Below, piece by piece: positions 55,671 to 64,000 of a stretch of 64,000 nt of DNA. Under the pieces are notes generated by a model. It was not told where the DNA came from. It searched no databases and saw only the letters and a list, made by a program, of their open reading frames with translations. The translations under genes were made by a program, and so were the position numbers. Origin of the DNA: a phage; sequence record PZ452610.1; one strand, written 5' to 3'. Numbering within the stretch: the first letter of the stretch is position 1; the number at the start of each line of letters is the position of its first letter.

Positions 55671-55853
55671 TTATAGTGAATTCACGTAGTCAATGAGTTC
55701 TTGTTCTTTCCTGTCAAATGATTCCAACAATGCTTGATATTCTTCATCTGTTAAAGGAGCATATTCATCGTACGCATTGGTGGCTGCTTGCTCATCCAAT
55801 AGGTCATGGATAAGTTCGAATAGTTTAGCTTTCTCTTCTTTAGTTAATTTCAT
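55671..55853 (-). CDS. Hypothetical acidic protein, 60 aa (tk.1 position)
   Basis: ORF. Confidence 0.45.
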   Translation of the reverse strand: MKLTKEEKAKLFELIHDLLDEQAATNAYDEYAPLTDEEYQALLESFDRKEQELIDYVNSL

Positions 55854-56056
55854 TTAGGTTCACCTTCTTTAACGAAATCTGGGTAAGGGTAAAATCCTGA
55901 GTAAAACCCTTCACCTTTATGATTGCTACAACCTTTGTTCGAACAGTAACACCAATAATCAAAATCACAAGCCATTTCGTCATTGCATAAAGCAAAAACT
56001 ACAGGCCATTCGCATTTTTCGCATTTAGCACCTGTAAGAATTTTTGTTTGACTCAT
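55850..56056 (-). CDS. Cys-rich small protein, about 68 aa (tk.2 position)
   Basis: CEKCEWP...CNDEMACDFDYWCYCSNKGCSNH; ATG 56056 overlaps upstream stop. Confidence 0.45.
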   Translation of the reverse strand: MSQTKILTGAKCEKCEWPVVFALCNDEMACDFDYWCYCSNKGCSNHKGEGFYSGFYPYPDFVKEGEPK

Positions 56057-56265
56057 AACCATGTCACCTTTAAGCAATATTCTTCTACATGTTGTTTACG
56101 GCCTTTCTTATCAATAAAGGTATATTCAACGAATGTTCCGATGTAGTCTTTATCTACATCATGTGGACTATTAATTGGACATTTGGTACGACAAATGCGT
56201 TCCCATTGACGAATAATTACTGCCTTATTCTTTGGGTCATATGGATGTGGATAATGTATATTCAT
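56053..56265 (-). CDS. Hypothetical protein, about 70 aa (tk.3 position)
   Basis: ATG 56265 overlaps stop of the macro-domain gene. Confidence 0.45.
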   Translation of the reverse strand: MNIHYPHPYDPKNKAVIIRQWERICRTKCPINSPHDVDKDYIGTFVEYTFIDKKGRKQHVEEYCLKVTWL

Positions 56266-56759
56266 AATAACGGTTCCCAATCAACAATCACAATTTCTAG
56301 TTTAGTGGAATACGTATCTAAAATCTCTTCGATGACATCCCAGTTTCCGCCACCGATACCTGCACCAATTCTTGGCATATAAATTACAGGCTTTGTTATC
56401 TTATTCTTTCCGAATTCATTTAATTCTATTATACAATTCATTAAAGCAGAGTACTCAAAATTAGGTCCCGGCTCAAACTGCGTATAAAGATTAAAGCAAT
56501 AAGCTTTATGGGTCTTAAAATATTTTTCATAAACCGAATAAGTCCCGAGTTTAGACTCGTCTCCGAATTCGGTTTGAAGTTTATCGGCTTCCAGAATTTT
56601 TGGATAAGCCTTTGCTAATTGTCCTGCCACACCGGCGCCCATTGTATGAAAACAATTACACCCATGAGCAATATTATTACCTTTAGAAAACAGGGCGACA
56701 ATATCGCCCTTGATATAGTTTTTAATCACTTGCTGCAAGTCCTCTAGTATAAGAGTCAA
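56262..56759 (-). CDS. Macro-domain protein, putative ADP-ribose binding/hydrolase (tk.4 position); non-ATG start
   Basis: 165 aa; Gly-rich motifs NIAHGCNCFHTMGAGVAGQL and PRIGAGIGGGNW typical of macro domains. Confidence 0.65.
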   Translation of the reverse strand: MTLILEDLQQVIKNYIKGDIVALFSKGNNIAHGCNCFHTMGAGVAGQLAKAYPKILEADKLQTEFGDESKLGTYSVYEKYFKTHKAYCFNLYTQFEPGPNFEYSALMNCIIELNEFGKNKITKPVIYMPRIGAGIGGGNWDVIEEILDTYSTKLEIVIVDWEPLL

Positions 56760-57069
56760 CTAGACGGTCCACCATAGAATTGCATGCTGCCTTATCTTTA
56801 GGTTCCGCCACCGAGCATTCTAATATTTGCCATTTTTTATAGTATCTTTTAATTAAGGTAGACGCCTTGAACCTACTAGACGCCCCATCTTTTTCTCCGT
56901 CTTTATACGCGTATAACAATTTTTGTGAAAAATCTACTTTACACTCTTGACTTTTACCACAATAATCAGACGCCGTTCTGTTTGTATACTCCGTTACATC
57001 AGTATATGTAGTATTAGCAAGAGCGTTAAATGAAACCAAGCTAACTATTAAAGCCAACATTTTGGTCAT
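56722..57069 (-). CDS. vs: Secreted protein, 115 aa, at the T4 vs position
   Basis: Same length as T4 Vs; N-terminal signal peptide MTKMLALIVSLVSFNALA. Confidence 0.45.
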   Translation of the reverse strand: MTKMLALIVSLVSFNALANTTYTDVTEYTNRTASDYCGKSQECKVDFSQKLLYAYKDGEKDGASSRFKASTLIKRYYKKWQILECSVAEPKDKAACNSMVDRLVDSYTRGLAASD

Positions 57070-57608
57070 TCTTTTATTTCCAGTAGTTTATTTGATTTAA
57101 GGTAATTAGCCTTTTCTAGGACTTCAGAAGCATATTTACTTCCAGCACTTGTCTTCCATCCCGCATTATATGAGGATATGGCTTTTCTTATATCCCCGTT
57201 ATGTATATTTAACCAATAAGAAAATTCGATATAAGCCCATCTGGCTGAATTAGACCGCTTAGATAGCATTTTCTTAATTTGGGCATCAGTCATATTATAA
57301 CCAAGCTGGTTAATTCTTGCCCTCATTGTTGGTAGATAGTTTTGGAACATTCCATACGCATGGTGACCTTTCTTATCTTTAAGATTAATACCGGCAGATG
57401 ATTCTTGCCATAGTATTGCGGCCATTATGTATCCAAGTCCTTTCTTATGCATATTTTCATGCGTTTTAAATTTTCCATCCTTAGAAAACTGTTCCCCAAA
57501 CTGATAAGCATAATTCAAGTTATCGAGTTGGACATTACTAAAAGTATGCTCGGAGCTATGTGCTGATAACGAAAGAGCAAATAGACCAGCGAGTAGTGCT
57601 TTTCTCAT
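57066..57608 (-). CDS. vs.1: Secreted lytic-transglycosylase-like protein (vs.1 position)
   Basis: Signal peptide MRKALLAGLFALSLSA; SLT-like catalytic segment AAILWQESSAG. Confidence 0.6.
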   Translation of the reverse strand: MRKALLAGLFALSLSAHSSEHTFSNVQLDNLNYAYQFGEQFSKDGKFKTHENMHKKGLGYIMAAILWQESSAGINLKDKKGHHAYGMFQNYLPTMRARINQLGYNMTDAQIKKMLSKRSNSARWAYIEFSYWLNIHNGDIRKAISSYNAGWKTSAGSKYASEVLEKANYLKSNKLLEIKE

Positions 57609-57616
57609 GTTTACCT

Positions 57617-58075
57617 CTAGATTTTAATCACTGCTTTAGAAGCTTTTCCTGGTAGTCGTTTACTGTTAATAATAGCCATTCTGCATTGAAGAGTCTTCAT
57701 TTTGAATGCTGGATTTTCGCGACAAACTGTAAGTCCTAACCAAAGATTTCCATCAGTTATTTCTAAACGGCCTGGGCGATATTCGACACCTTCGACAAAA
57801 TCTTCATCAACATCTGGACGGGCTGGCATTGATAAAAATTCTGCAACTTCTTTAACATGATTTTTTACTTTATGAAATAATTCAAAAACGTAATTCTCAT
57901 CTATTTCTCTCTGGATGGCACGATCTAAGAGATGTTGAGAATACTTGATATGAAAGCCTGGTAGTCCAAGAGACTTTGCAGCATCTTTTATACTGGCATT
58001 TATTTTGCGGAACTCCGTTTCAAAGATTCGACGGAGTTTATTGCGGCGGATAAAAACGTCTGAATTGATAGTCAT
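57617..58075 (-). CDS. regB: RegB site-specific endoribonuclease
   Basis: 152 aa; MTINSDVFIRRNKLRRIFETEFRKIN... and C-terminal RLPGKASKAVIKI match T4 RegB. Confidence 0.9.
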   Translation of the reverse strand: MTINSDVFIRRNKLRRIFETEFRKINASIKDAAKSLGLPGFHIKYSQHLLDRAIQREIDENYVFELFHKVKNHVKEVAEFLSMPARPDVDEDFVEGVEYRPGRLEITDGNLWLGLTVCRENPAFKMKTLQCRMAIINSKRLPGKASKAVIKI

Positions 58076-58103
58076 TTTGATTTCTCCTCTAGTTGACAGG
58101 TCT

Positions 58104-58132
58104 ATAGTAACACAACTAGAGGAGAAGTAAAC
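58104..58132 (-). promoter_or_regulatory. Early promoter (GTTTAC - 17 nt - TACTAT) for regB with spacer/SD inverted repeat
   Basis: Spacer TCTCCTCTAGTTG is the exact complement of leader CAACTAGAGGAGA; covaries with the 16701-16729 promoter. Confidence 0.6.
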
Positions 58133-58431
58133 TACTCTTTGAAAGGAATTAACTTTTTAACTGCTTTAGATACTTCGTCACGAACCTGGTGGAAGTTCTT
58201 GAGCTGTTCAAGGCGTTGTTCGTAATACGCAATCTCATCTTCTTCAAGACAATCGTCAGCGTCTTCTTTCAGATATGCCTTGTACTCATTAAAGAGGGCC
58301 CATAGGCGGTTCTCAAAGTCATCAAGGCTTTGAATTTTCTTGTGCTTCGGAACAAGGCCAAAAGGATTGCTTTCAGTTATGCGTCGAGATGCTTCATAAT
58401 GAGTTCCAAAGCCTGATAGGATTTGAGCCAT
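58132..58431 (-). CDS. Hypothetical protein, about 99 aa
   Basis: ATG (MAQILSGF...) overlapping upstream stop; track ORF begins further upstream. Confidence 0.45.
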   Translation of the reverse strand: MAQILSGFGTHYEASRRITESNPFGLVPKHKKIQSLDDFENRLWALFNEYKAYLKEDADDCLEEDEIAYYEQRLEQLKNFHQVRDEVSKAVKKLIPFKE

Positions 58432-58676
58432 TAGTATTTTTCCTCTGGTTGAAATACCGCACGACAAGCCCACATACTAGCTTCCTTTAGGCGTTCTTTA
58501 GCACAGTTCAATTGGGACAAAGCTGTCAAAGCTTCAGGAGTATTCGCAGACGACGCTTCTTCCGCCAAGGCATCGAAAATAAGCCCTAATCGAACTTCTG
58601 CATCTTTAATAGCGTTCACTTTACCGATTTTATCATCGGTATGCGGCTTGTAGCCTTTGATGTCTTCAATCGACAT
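58431..58676 (-). CDS. Hypothetical protein, about 81 aa
   Basis: ATG 58676 with SD GAGGAA; track ORF extends upstream in overlap. Confidence 0.45.
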   Translation of the reverse strand: MSIEDIKGYKPHTDDKIGKVNAIKDAEVRLGLIFDALAEEASSANTPEALTALSQLNCAKERLKEASMWACRAVFQPEEKY

Positions 58677-58890
58677 AAGGAATTTCCTCATCGGTGGCAA
58701 GGTCATATTCGACCAATTGGATAGGCTCATTAATACCATATCCACGTACAGTGATATCGGTTGTCGGATATTTTCCAGTAATATCACCCATTCTAAATGC
58801 TTCAGTGAATGATTGCTCGCCTGAGCAACTAAACCAGGCGGCAAAACATTTTAAAACATCTTCAGACCCTTCTATAATCAATTTAGCCAT
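58666..58890 (-). CDS. Hypothetical protein, 74 aa
   Basis: ORF immediately after the GrcA-like gene. Confidence 0.45.
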   Translation of the reverse strand: MAKLIIEGSEDVLKCFAAWFSCSGEQSFTEAFRMGDITGKYPTTDITVRGYGINEPIQLVEYDLATDEEIPYVD

Positions 58891-59252
58891 TATAGACTCT
58901 CAGTAAAGGTACGAGCGATAACGTCGCGCTGCTGTTCCGGGGTCAGAGAGTTAAAGCGAACTGCATAACCGGATACACGGATGGTCAGCTGTGGATATTT
59001 TTCCGGATGCTTAACTGCATCTTCCAGAGTTTCGCGACGCAGAACGTTAACGTTCAGATGTTGACCACCTTCAATTTTAACTTTAGGTTGATGTTCAATT
59101 TCAATTTCACGGGCATTCAAACCGTAGAAAATTTCCGGGTCTACAATAGCGTCTTCTTTAAAAGTCTTAGAGACGATAATCCGGGCTTGAGTACCGTCTT
59201 CAAAATAAATAGTGCCTTTATGTGCACCTTCAAGAATTTGATATGCTTTCAT
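58890..59252 (-). CDS. GrcA/YfiD-like autonomous glycyl radical cofactor
   Basis: 120 aa; C-terminal [25 protein letters not shown] is the glycyl-radical signature; SD GAGGT. Confidence 0.75.
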   Translation of the reverse strand: MKAYQILEGAHKGTIYFEDGTQARIIVSKTFKEDAIVDPEIFYGLNAREIEIEHQPKVKIEGGQHLNVNVLRRETLEDAVKHPEKYPQLTIRVSGYAVRFNSLTPEQQRDVIARTFTESL

Positions 59253-59258
59253 ATAACC

Positions 59259-59567
59259 TCAATTAGAAAATAAATTTATCCAAGTTTTTTCTTTAATCAA
59301 AAATGGGTCAGAACTAAACGCCATTAAACTTTGAGTGATTAATCCCTTAAATGGCCCATCAATAAATTCCATTTTGAAATGCGGAATACTAGTCATCAAC
59401 CGTGCGTTAGGAGCAGTACAAAGAACCTGCTGCCCTGCGAACGGACCTTTAGTCAAACGGTATCGTTTAGGTTTAAAATGGTAAATCTCGTAATTTTCTA
59501 CAAGAGCCCTTTTATTGCATACTGGGCTGTTATAACAATATTCAAAAACTTCAATAGTGGTCATCAT
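59259..59567 (-). CDS. Hypothetical protein, 102 aa
   Basis: ORF. Confidence 0.45.
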   Translation of the reverse strand: MMTTIEVFEYCYNSPVCNKRALVENYEIYHFKPKRYRLTKGPFAGQQVLCTAPNARLMTSIPHFKMEFIDGPFKGLITQSLMAFSSDPFLIKEKTWINLFSN

Positions 59568-60103
59568 TGCATTCCAATCACAAAAAATTGAGGACGAGCA
59601 TTACCGCCGATGCAATATTTGCTTTTGCAGCAGTACTGTACTGTTTTAATATGGACATTGTAAATCTTATCCATATCAGGAGCTTTAATAGGCTCGTCAA
59701 TTATATACAGAATACGAGAAAGCGTTAATCCACGGAATTTAGAACCTTCATTGCCAATAAAACTACGAACAGAATCAGTAAATAAACGGAATCGAATATC
59801 ATCGCTAGAATAACGAGAAAATTCTTTTTCAATGTTACCAGCAGAAATTTTAGCATAAGCTGAAGTATTAGAAAGAACAATAACTGTTCCGCCATCATAC
59901 AGCCAATTAGCAGCAAAGTTAGTCACAGCAATTGATTTACCGGATTGTCTGCCACCGTCTAAACGAAGTGTACAGTACTGCTTGAGTACGTCTTCAAACG
60001 GTGGGATATAACCGTTCTTACAAATTTCTTCTACTCTAGCATCAGAATGGTGTGTAAAAGCATTCATCAGGGATAGATAAGGTCCAGTTAAAAATGTTCT
60101 CAT
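59564..60103 (-). CDS. Hypothetical protein, 179 aa, possible P-loop
   Basis: GGRQSGKS Walker-A-like and ILYIIDEP Walker-B-like segments. Confidence 0.5.
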   Translation of the reverse strand: MRTFLTGPYLSLMNAFTHHSDARVEEICKNGYIPPFEDVLKQYCTLRLDGGRQSGKSIAVTNFAANWLYDGGTVIVLSNTSAYAKISAGNIEKEFSRYSSDDIRFRLFTDSVRSFIGNEGSKFRGLTLSRILYIIDEPIKAPDMDKIYNVHIKTVQYCCKSKYCIGGNARPQFFVIGMQ

Positions 60104-60276
60104 TTAGTTTCTCTTTTATGTTGGGCCATTCCGTGGCACATGTTAGGTCCTTCGACTCGCTATGTAAACCCATTACCGCACTTGGGCTCGACATTATTAC
60201 AGGTTGGAAAAGGTACATCACTCAGAGGACTCGACGTTCATGAGGAGAGGTTGCGTTTCCCTTTATTAGGCAAGAA

Positions 60277-60606
60277 TTATACTCTAGGCTTTTGAGCTTG
60301 TTTGGTATTGGATTCCCATGCGGCTTTGGTAATTTTGTTAGTGGCATAACCAAAGGCATTAGATAGAACACCTTTAGAGTTGAATACATCCAATCCAATA
60401 AGTACACCGGCTGTGTTAAATTTAGGAGCAAAGTACGCATTAGTTTTAGAAAGAGCTTTTTTCAATTCAGGGTCTTGAACCAAACCATCAAAAACGCCTT
60501 TACTATTTACTTTATATGTTACTTTGGGATTTTTACCTTCTTCGATAGCAGCTTTCTGTTCCGCAGATAATGTAACTTCAGTGATAAACTCCTGATATGT
60601 TTTCAT
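60277..60606 (-). CDS. Internal-protein-like head protein with capsid targeting sequence
   Basis: 109 aa; N-terminus MKTYQEFITE matches the T4 IPII/IPIII capsid-targeting leader; adjacent to denV. Confidence 0.65.
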   Translation of the reverse strand: MKTYQEFITEVTLSAEQKAAIEEGKNPKVTYKVNSKGVFDGLVQDPELKKALSKTNAYFAPKFNTAGVLIGLDVFNSKGVLSNAFGYATNKITKAAWESNTKQAQKPRV

Positions 60607-60614
60607 TTTGTTCC

Positions 60615-61028
60615 TTAGTAAATTGATTTACCATAGTATTTGTACCAAGTCGGACGTTGAGCAATTTTTTCATCTAAGCGTGCTTGACTTATCGCAATGG
60701 ACGCTTCGGACGGGACGTAATTATTACGAAATTCTACAGGAATGTCGGAAATATCCTGGACTGTCGTGTCCTTGATTTTGAAACCACGTTTCAAGCATTC
60801 GGCGATTAGCTCGATTTGACGTAAACGTAAAAATTCGAGTTTGTCGTAAAAGAATGTTACGTGACCTGTGCCTAAGATAAATGTTGGAGAGATTTTAAAA
60901 TCCTTTACACGTTTACCGTTTTGAACATGTTTACGGACTGCACCAAATACGCGTGGTAATTCACGATACTCAGCCATAAGATGTTGGTCGGACAGTTCAG
61001 AAACAAGTGTTAAATTGATACGAGTCAT
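60615..61028 (-). CDS. denV: Endonuclease V (DenV), pyrimidine-dimer DNA glycosylase
   Basis: [35 protein letters not shown]... matches T4 DenV; ATG 61028 with SD GGAGGAAA. Confidence 0.95.
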   Translation of the reverse strand: MTRINLTLVSELSDQHLMAEYRELPRVFGAVRKHVQNGKRVKDFKISPTFILGTGHVTFFYDKLEFLRLRQIELIAECLKRGFKIKDTTVQDISDIPVEFRNNYVPSEASIAISQARLDEKIAQRPTWYKYYGKSIY

Positions 61029-61086
61029 AATTTCCTCCAAGTAGTTGATGAATGTATAGTATCAAAACTCTTGGAGGAAGTAAACA

Positions 61087-61368
61087 CTATTTTTCTGAAG
61101 CGCCTGAAATATATTTTTCAAGACGTTGTTTCATCAGCGAGCCGTTCTTAGCGATTTCTTCCGGTTTATCGCACATACGCAACAAGGCTTCAAGCTTAAC
61201 GATATCACTGGTGCGCTCAAATTTGCGAGTATCTATCTTACTGGCAAGTTCAGAAATACGTGCTAATAGACTTTCAGCTTCAACCAAAGCTGCACCTAGC
61301 TTAGTTGCAAATGTGTCAGTAGCTTCGTTAAGAATAGATTCTGATAAAAATTCACTATATGTTTTCAT
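61087..61368 (-). CDS. Internal-protein-like protein, about 93 aa, with capsid targeting sequence
   Basis: ATG 61368 gives [10 protein letters not shown]...; overlaps lysozyme stop (ATGA). Confidence 0.55.
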   Translation of the reverse strand: MKTYSEFLSESILNEATDTFATKLGAALVEAESLLARISELASKIDTRKFERTSDIVKLEALLRMCDKPEEIAKNGSLMKQRLEKYISGASEK

Positions 61369-61853
61369 ATATACGCTTTCCAAGTTCCTGTTTTAAATGT
61401 TGAGATTACGCGTTTCGCTCGATTAGGTGTCTGACGGTACCATTTAGATTGGGCTAGATTTACTGCCGCTTCATCCCAACGTTTCTGTTGAAGCATACGA
61501 AGAGAATTAGTAAAACCAGCGACGCCTGCTACACCCATTTGGAAGACCATATTGACCAATGCACATCGACGAACCGCATCTAAAGAATCATATACCGGTT
61601 TAAGTTTAGCATTACCCAAGATTCCGCGAACGGCTTTATCAACGTCTTCATTAAATAGCTTTTCAGCCTCATCAAGGGTAATTGTACCGTTGCATTTACG
61701 TCCGATCATTCTGTCAAGTTCAGCTTTAGCTACGGCTAAAGACGGGTTCTTTGTTACTAAATGGCCTATGCCAATCGTCCAAAAGCCTTCAGTGTCTTTG
61801 TATAAAGTCAGTCTAAGACCTTCGTCATTACGAAGCATTTCAAATATATTCAT
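61365..61853 (-). CDS. e: Lysozyme e (endolysin)
   Basis: [32 protein letters not shown]... matches T4 lysozyme; catalytic E11/D20/T26 context present. Confidence 0.97.
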   Translation of the reverse strand: MNIFEMLRNDEGLRLTLYKDTEGFWTIGIGHLVTKNPSLAVAKAELDRMIGRKCNGTITLDEAEKLFNEDVDKAVRGILGNAKLKPVYDSLDAVRRCALVNMVFQMGVAGVAGFTNSLRMLQQKRWDEAAVNLAQSKWYRQTPNRAKRVISTFKTGTWKAYI

Positions 61854-61882
61854 AATACCTCCCACGTTTATAGGAGGTATTT
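61854..61882 (-). promoter_or_regulatory. SD-sequestering hairpin upstream of gene e
   Basis: Minus strand ACCTCC-TATAAACGTG-GGAGGT places SD GGGAGGT in a stem; same arrangement described for T4 gene e. Confidence 0.5.
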
Positions 61883-61887
61883 ATTAC

Positions 61888-62346
61888 TTATAGGATGGTA
61901 GTGAGCACCTTATATAATGATTTACCCATTACATATTCCCATTGAGAAGGTTTAATTAAAGCGAATGCATCAAATTCAGGAATCTGTCGTCCGTCTGGGA
62001 ATGTATGATAGGAATTACAAACACTGTTTCTGAATTGCTCGTGCTCTACAGGGATGGTATATAGGAACAGATGAATATTCTTATTGTCTGAGTAATGATG
62101 TTCACCTAGGTCTTTCAGGAAGGCAGGGTCATATTGTGTAAACCCAGTTTCTTCTTCGCATTCACGAATAGCGGCTTCAATAGGAGATTCGCCAGGTTCG
62201 ACACGGCCTTTAGGAATATCCCACCGATGAGTTAATGCACCTTTAGGACGAGAACCAGTTACACGCCCCATGAATAACTCTTTATCTTCGGTAAGGAAAA
62301 TAATACCGGCTGATAGCTCTTTCACTTTATTTTTCTTACTCATCAT
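61888..62346 (-). CDS. nudE: Nudix hydrolase NudE (e.1)
   Basis: 152 aa; Nudix box GRVEPGESPIEAAIRECEEETG. Confidence 0.9.
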   Translation of the reverse strand: MMSKKNKVKELSAGIIFLTEDKELFMGRVTGSRPKGALTHRWDIPKGRVEPGESPIEAAIRECEEETGFTQYDPAFLKDLGEHHYSDNKNIHLFLYTIPVEHEQFRNSVCNSYHTFPDGRQIPEFDAFALIKPSQWEYVMGKSLYKVLTTIL

Positions 62347-62587
62347 CTCGGTCCCATGATTTGGCCATTAATTCGGACATAAATTCTTCAATGCGCGTTT
62401 CTTTAGATGGACTTTCACTATTAGAGACCGCAAGTTTGTAATCTGCAATAGGACAGAACATATCAAGGTCCGTATTAAGGTCGTCTTTGATTTTTTCTTC
62501 TGACACATCTTTATCGTATGTGTACAGATAACTATCACATGATTCTGATTTAATGTAAATTGCTATACTCATCTCAAATTCCTGCAT
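62336..62587 (-). CDS. Hypothetical acidic protein, 83 aa
   Basis: ORF. Confidence 0.45.
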   Translation of the reverse strand: MQEFEMSIAIYIKSESCDSYLYTYDKDVSEEKIKDDLNTDLDMFCPIADYKLAVSNSESPSKETRIEEFMSELMAKSWDRDDE

Positions 62588-63060
62588 TCGGTAATAAAAC
62601 GTTCAACTTCATTATTCTTGGCCTTTATCTTGTCTTTATGTTCTTGTAAACTACTTTTAATAAGATTAATAATGATGGCGGCGGTACCGCCGCCAATGAT
62701 GCCACCAACAACACTTATGATACTAGATGCTAATAAGATAGCAATAATATCAACAAAACTGAAAGAACTCACCTTAGTACTAAAAAACCATACCGACGGT
62801 GCAAATATAATCCATCCTGTTATCCATTGGCACTTATTGAAAAACTTTTCAAGATCAGCTTGAGTTGTTCGTATTACTTCATCGATAGGTTGATATCCAT
62901 TAATGTATCTGTTCACAATAATACCTGCTGGCTGGTCGATTTTAAATTCTTGGCAAATACGTTTCACTAAGTAGGATGGACATCCTGTCCAATCTACTGA
63001 ATAGTATGAAATACCTTCATTGCCATCGTCTATATTAGACCAATATGTTTTGTTAATCAT
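62569..63060 (-). CDS. Membrane protein, 163 aa
   Basis: Central TM segments IIFAPSVWFF and IIAILLASSIISVVGGIIGGG. Confidence 0.5.
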   Translation of the reverse strand: MINKTYWSNIDDGNEGISYYSVDWTGCPSYLVKRICQEFKIDQPAGIIVNRYINGYQPIDEVIRTTQADLEKFFNKCQWITGWIIFAPSVWFFSTKVSSFSFVDIIAILLASSIISVVGGIIGGGTAAIIINLIKSSLQEHKDKIKAKNNEVERFITECRNLR

Positions 63061-63746
63061 TACCAGCCTTCCATAGGGAATTCCAGATAAACTTGGGTAT
63101 TGACACGAATTTCATTGGTAATCTTTTTAACTCGGTCTGTATTACGAGATACACGTCCGAACCAACGCCATCCATTACTAATTGCACGAGAACCAGTGTG
63201 CCATGTTTGCCAATCAAACTGAAGAAGAGTACGATCTGGAGCTTCCCATTTCTCTAGTTCGCCTTTTTCGATTTTTTCGAGGACTTCTTTGTGCCACTGG
63301 CGATAGATAAGTTCGCCATCAGGAATCTGACTGAACTCTGCAGTTCCTGTTGCAAAATGAGTAGGACACACATCAGCGTTAACAAGACCAAGAATATGTT
63401 CAGACAAATAGCGAGGATTGTCATAGTCAGGTTGTCCTGCAGTAATAAAATGTTGACCAACCGGAATATCCGGGCGTGGTACGTCATCATGGTGATAACC
63501 AGGAATAGCAGGATACCAACCAGGCATCAGCATATGGACTCGTGAATCAAATACTACATCCGAGTCTTTCCAATCGTCAGGGAGATTTTGGATAAAGCTA
63601 CGAGTAATTGGACCGCCGTTATCAAAAGCAAAATTCAAATCGCAATTAAAGAACATAGGCTCGTTTTTAATCTGGTCATTTTTAATCGCATGAGCAAAAC
63701 CACCTACTGCACGAGCTTGACTATTAAACACTTTAGAACTATTCAT
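63060..63746 (-). CDS. Hypothetical protein, 228 aa
   Basis: ORF; Trp/His-rich, no family recognised. Confidence 0.55.
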   Translation of the reverse strand: MNSSKVFNSQARAVGGFAHAIKNDQIKNEPMFFNCDLNFAFDNGGPITRSFIQNLPDDWKDSDVVFDSRVHMLMPGWYPAIPGYHHDDVPRPDIPVGQHFITAGQPDYDNPRYLSEHILGLVNADVCPTHFATGTAEFSQIPDGELIYRQWHKEVLEKIEKGELEKWEAPDRTLLQFDWQTWHTGSRAISNGWRWFGRVSRNTDRVKKITNEIRVNTQVYLEFPMEGW

Positions 63747-63747
63747 A

Positions 63748-63954
63748 TTATTTTCCTCGACATTCTTTAATGAAATTTTCTAGATTGGTAGATTCAATAG
63801 CTTTTTTACGAGCTTCTGCGTGTTCTTCTTCAGACAATTTACATTTATAATTGACCCAGACGTTATGGTCGAAACTAGTCGTGGCATATAATAACAATGC
63901 TCCAACGAATAGCAAAAACGGCGATAAGAATACAAAACCAGGAACACCATCCAT
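63748..63954 (-). CDS. Small membrane protein, 68 aa
   Basis: ATG 63954; N-terminal TM FVFLSPFLLFVGALLLYA. Confidence 0.45.
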   Translation of the reverse strand: MDGVPGFVFLSPFLLFVGALLLYATTSFDHNVWVNYKCKLSEEEHAEARKKAIESTNLENFIKECRGK

Positions 63955-64000
63955 ACTGTAAGCCTTTTGTAATACTGCAACAGAAAGAGCTGCGTAAAAA

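Noticed and set aside
60104-60276. tRNA gene in the GC-rich intergenic island
   Set aside because: No cloverleaf could be built: no acceptor-stem complement and no GTTCRANYC T-loop on either strand; T4-type tRNA clusters normally lie downstream of the e region, beyond this window
1-64000. CRISPR array, integrase/prophage boundary, or bacterial chromosomal DNA
   Set aside because: No spaced repeat array was seen; gene content is entirely lytic T4-type with phage early/late promoters and no integrase, transposase or host housekeeping genes

Overview
This window reads as a contiguous early/middle-gene segment of a T4-like (Tevenvirinae) phage genome, and the DNA polymerase matches, from memory, that of coliphage RB69. 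Nearly every gene is on the minus strand, in T4 order: gene 39 (partial) - dexA - dda - modA/modB - soc - 56 - 61 - 41 - 40 - uvsX - 42 - 43 - regA - 62 - 44 - 45 - 46 - 47 - 55 - nrdG/nrdD - 49 - nrdC - rI - tk - regB - denV - e - nudE. Named calls rest on my recall of T4/RB69 protein sequences and motifs, plus start-codon and Shine-Dalgarno (SD) context read from the DNA; no search was run. The most notable content is a nucleotide-sugar biosynthesis cassette flanking dCMP hydroxymethylase (gene 42): a KdsD-like arabinose-5-phosphate isomerase SIS domain, a HAD phosphatase, a nucleotidyltransferase-kinase fusion and a thymidylate-kinase-like protein. It sits where T4 carries beta-gt and imm, and alpha-gt (between 47 and 55) and dam (between 56 and 61) are absent. 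I interpret it as a de novo NDP-pentose (arabinose) donor pathway for hydroxymethylcytosine hypermodification; this is inference, and the transferase itself is not identified. Other points of interest: covarying inverted repeats that pair promoter spacers with the downstream SD, a macro-domain protein (tk.4 position), a Pol-beta-type nucleotidyltransferase next to a P-loop ATPase, two tandem paralog arrays sharing near-identical early promoters, a single plus-strand small membrane ORF convergent with gene 61, and several coupled ORFs under 60 aa missing from the ORF track. No CRISPR array, tRNA, intron or homing endonuclease was recognised.
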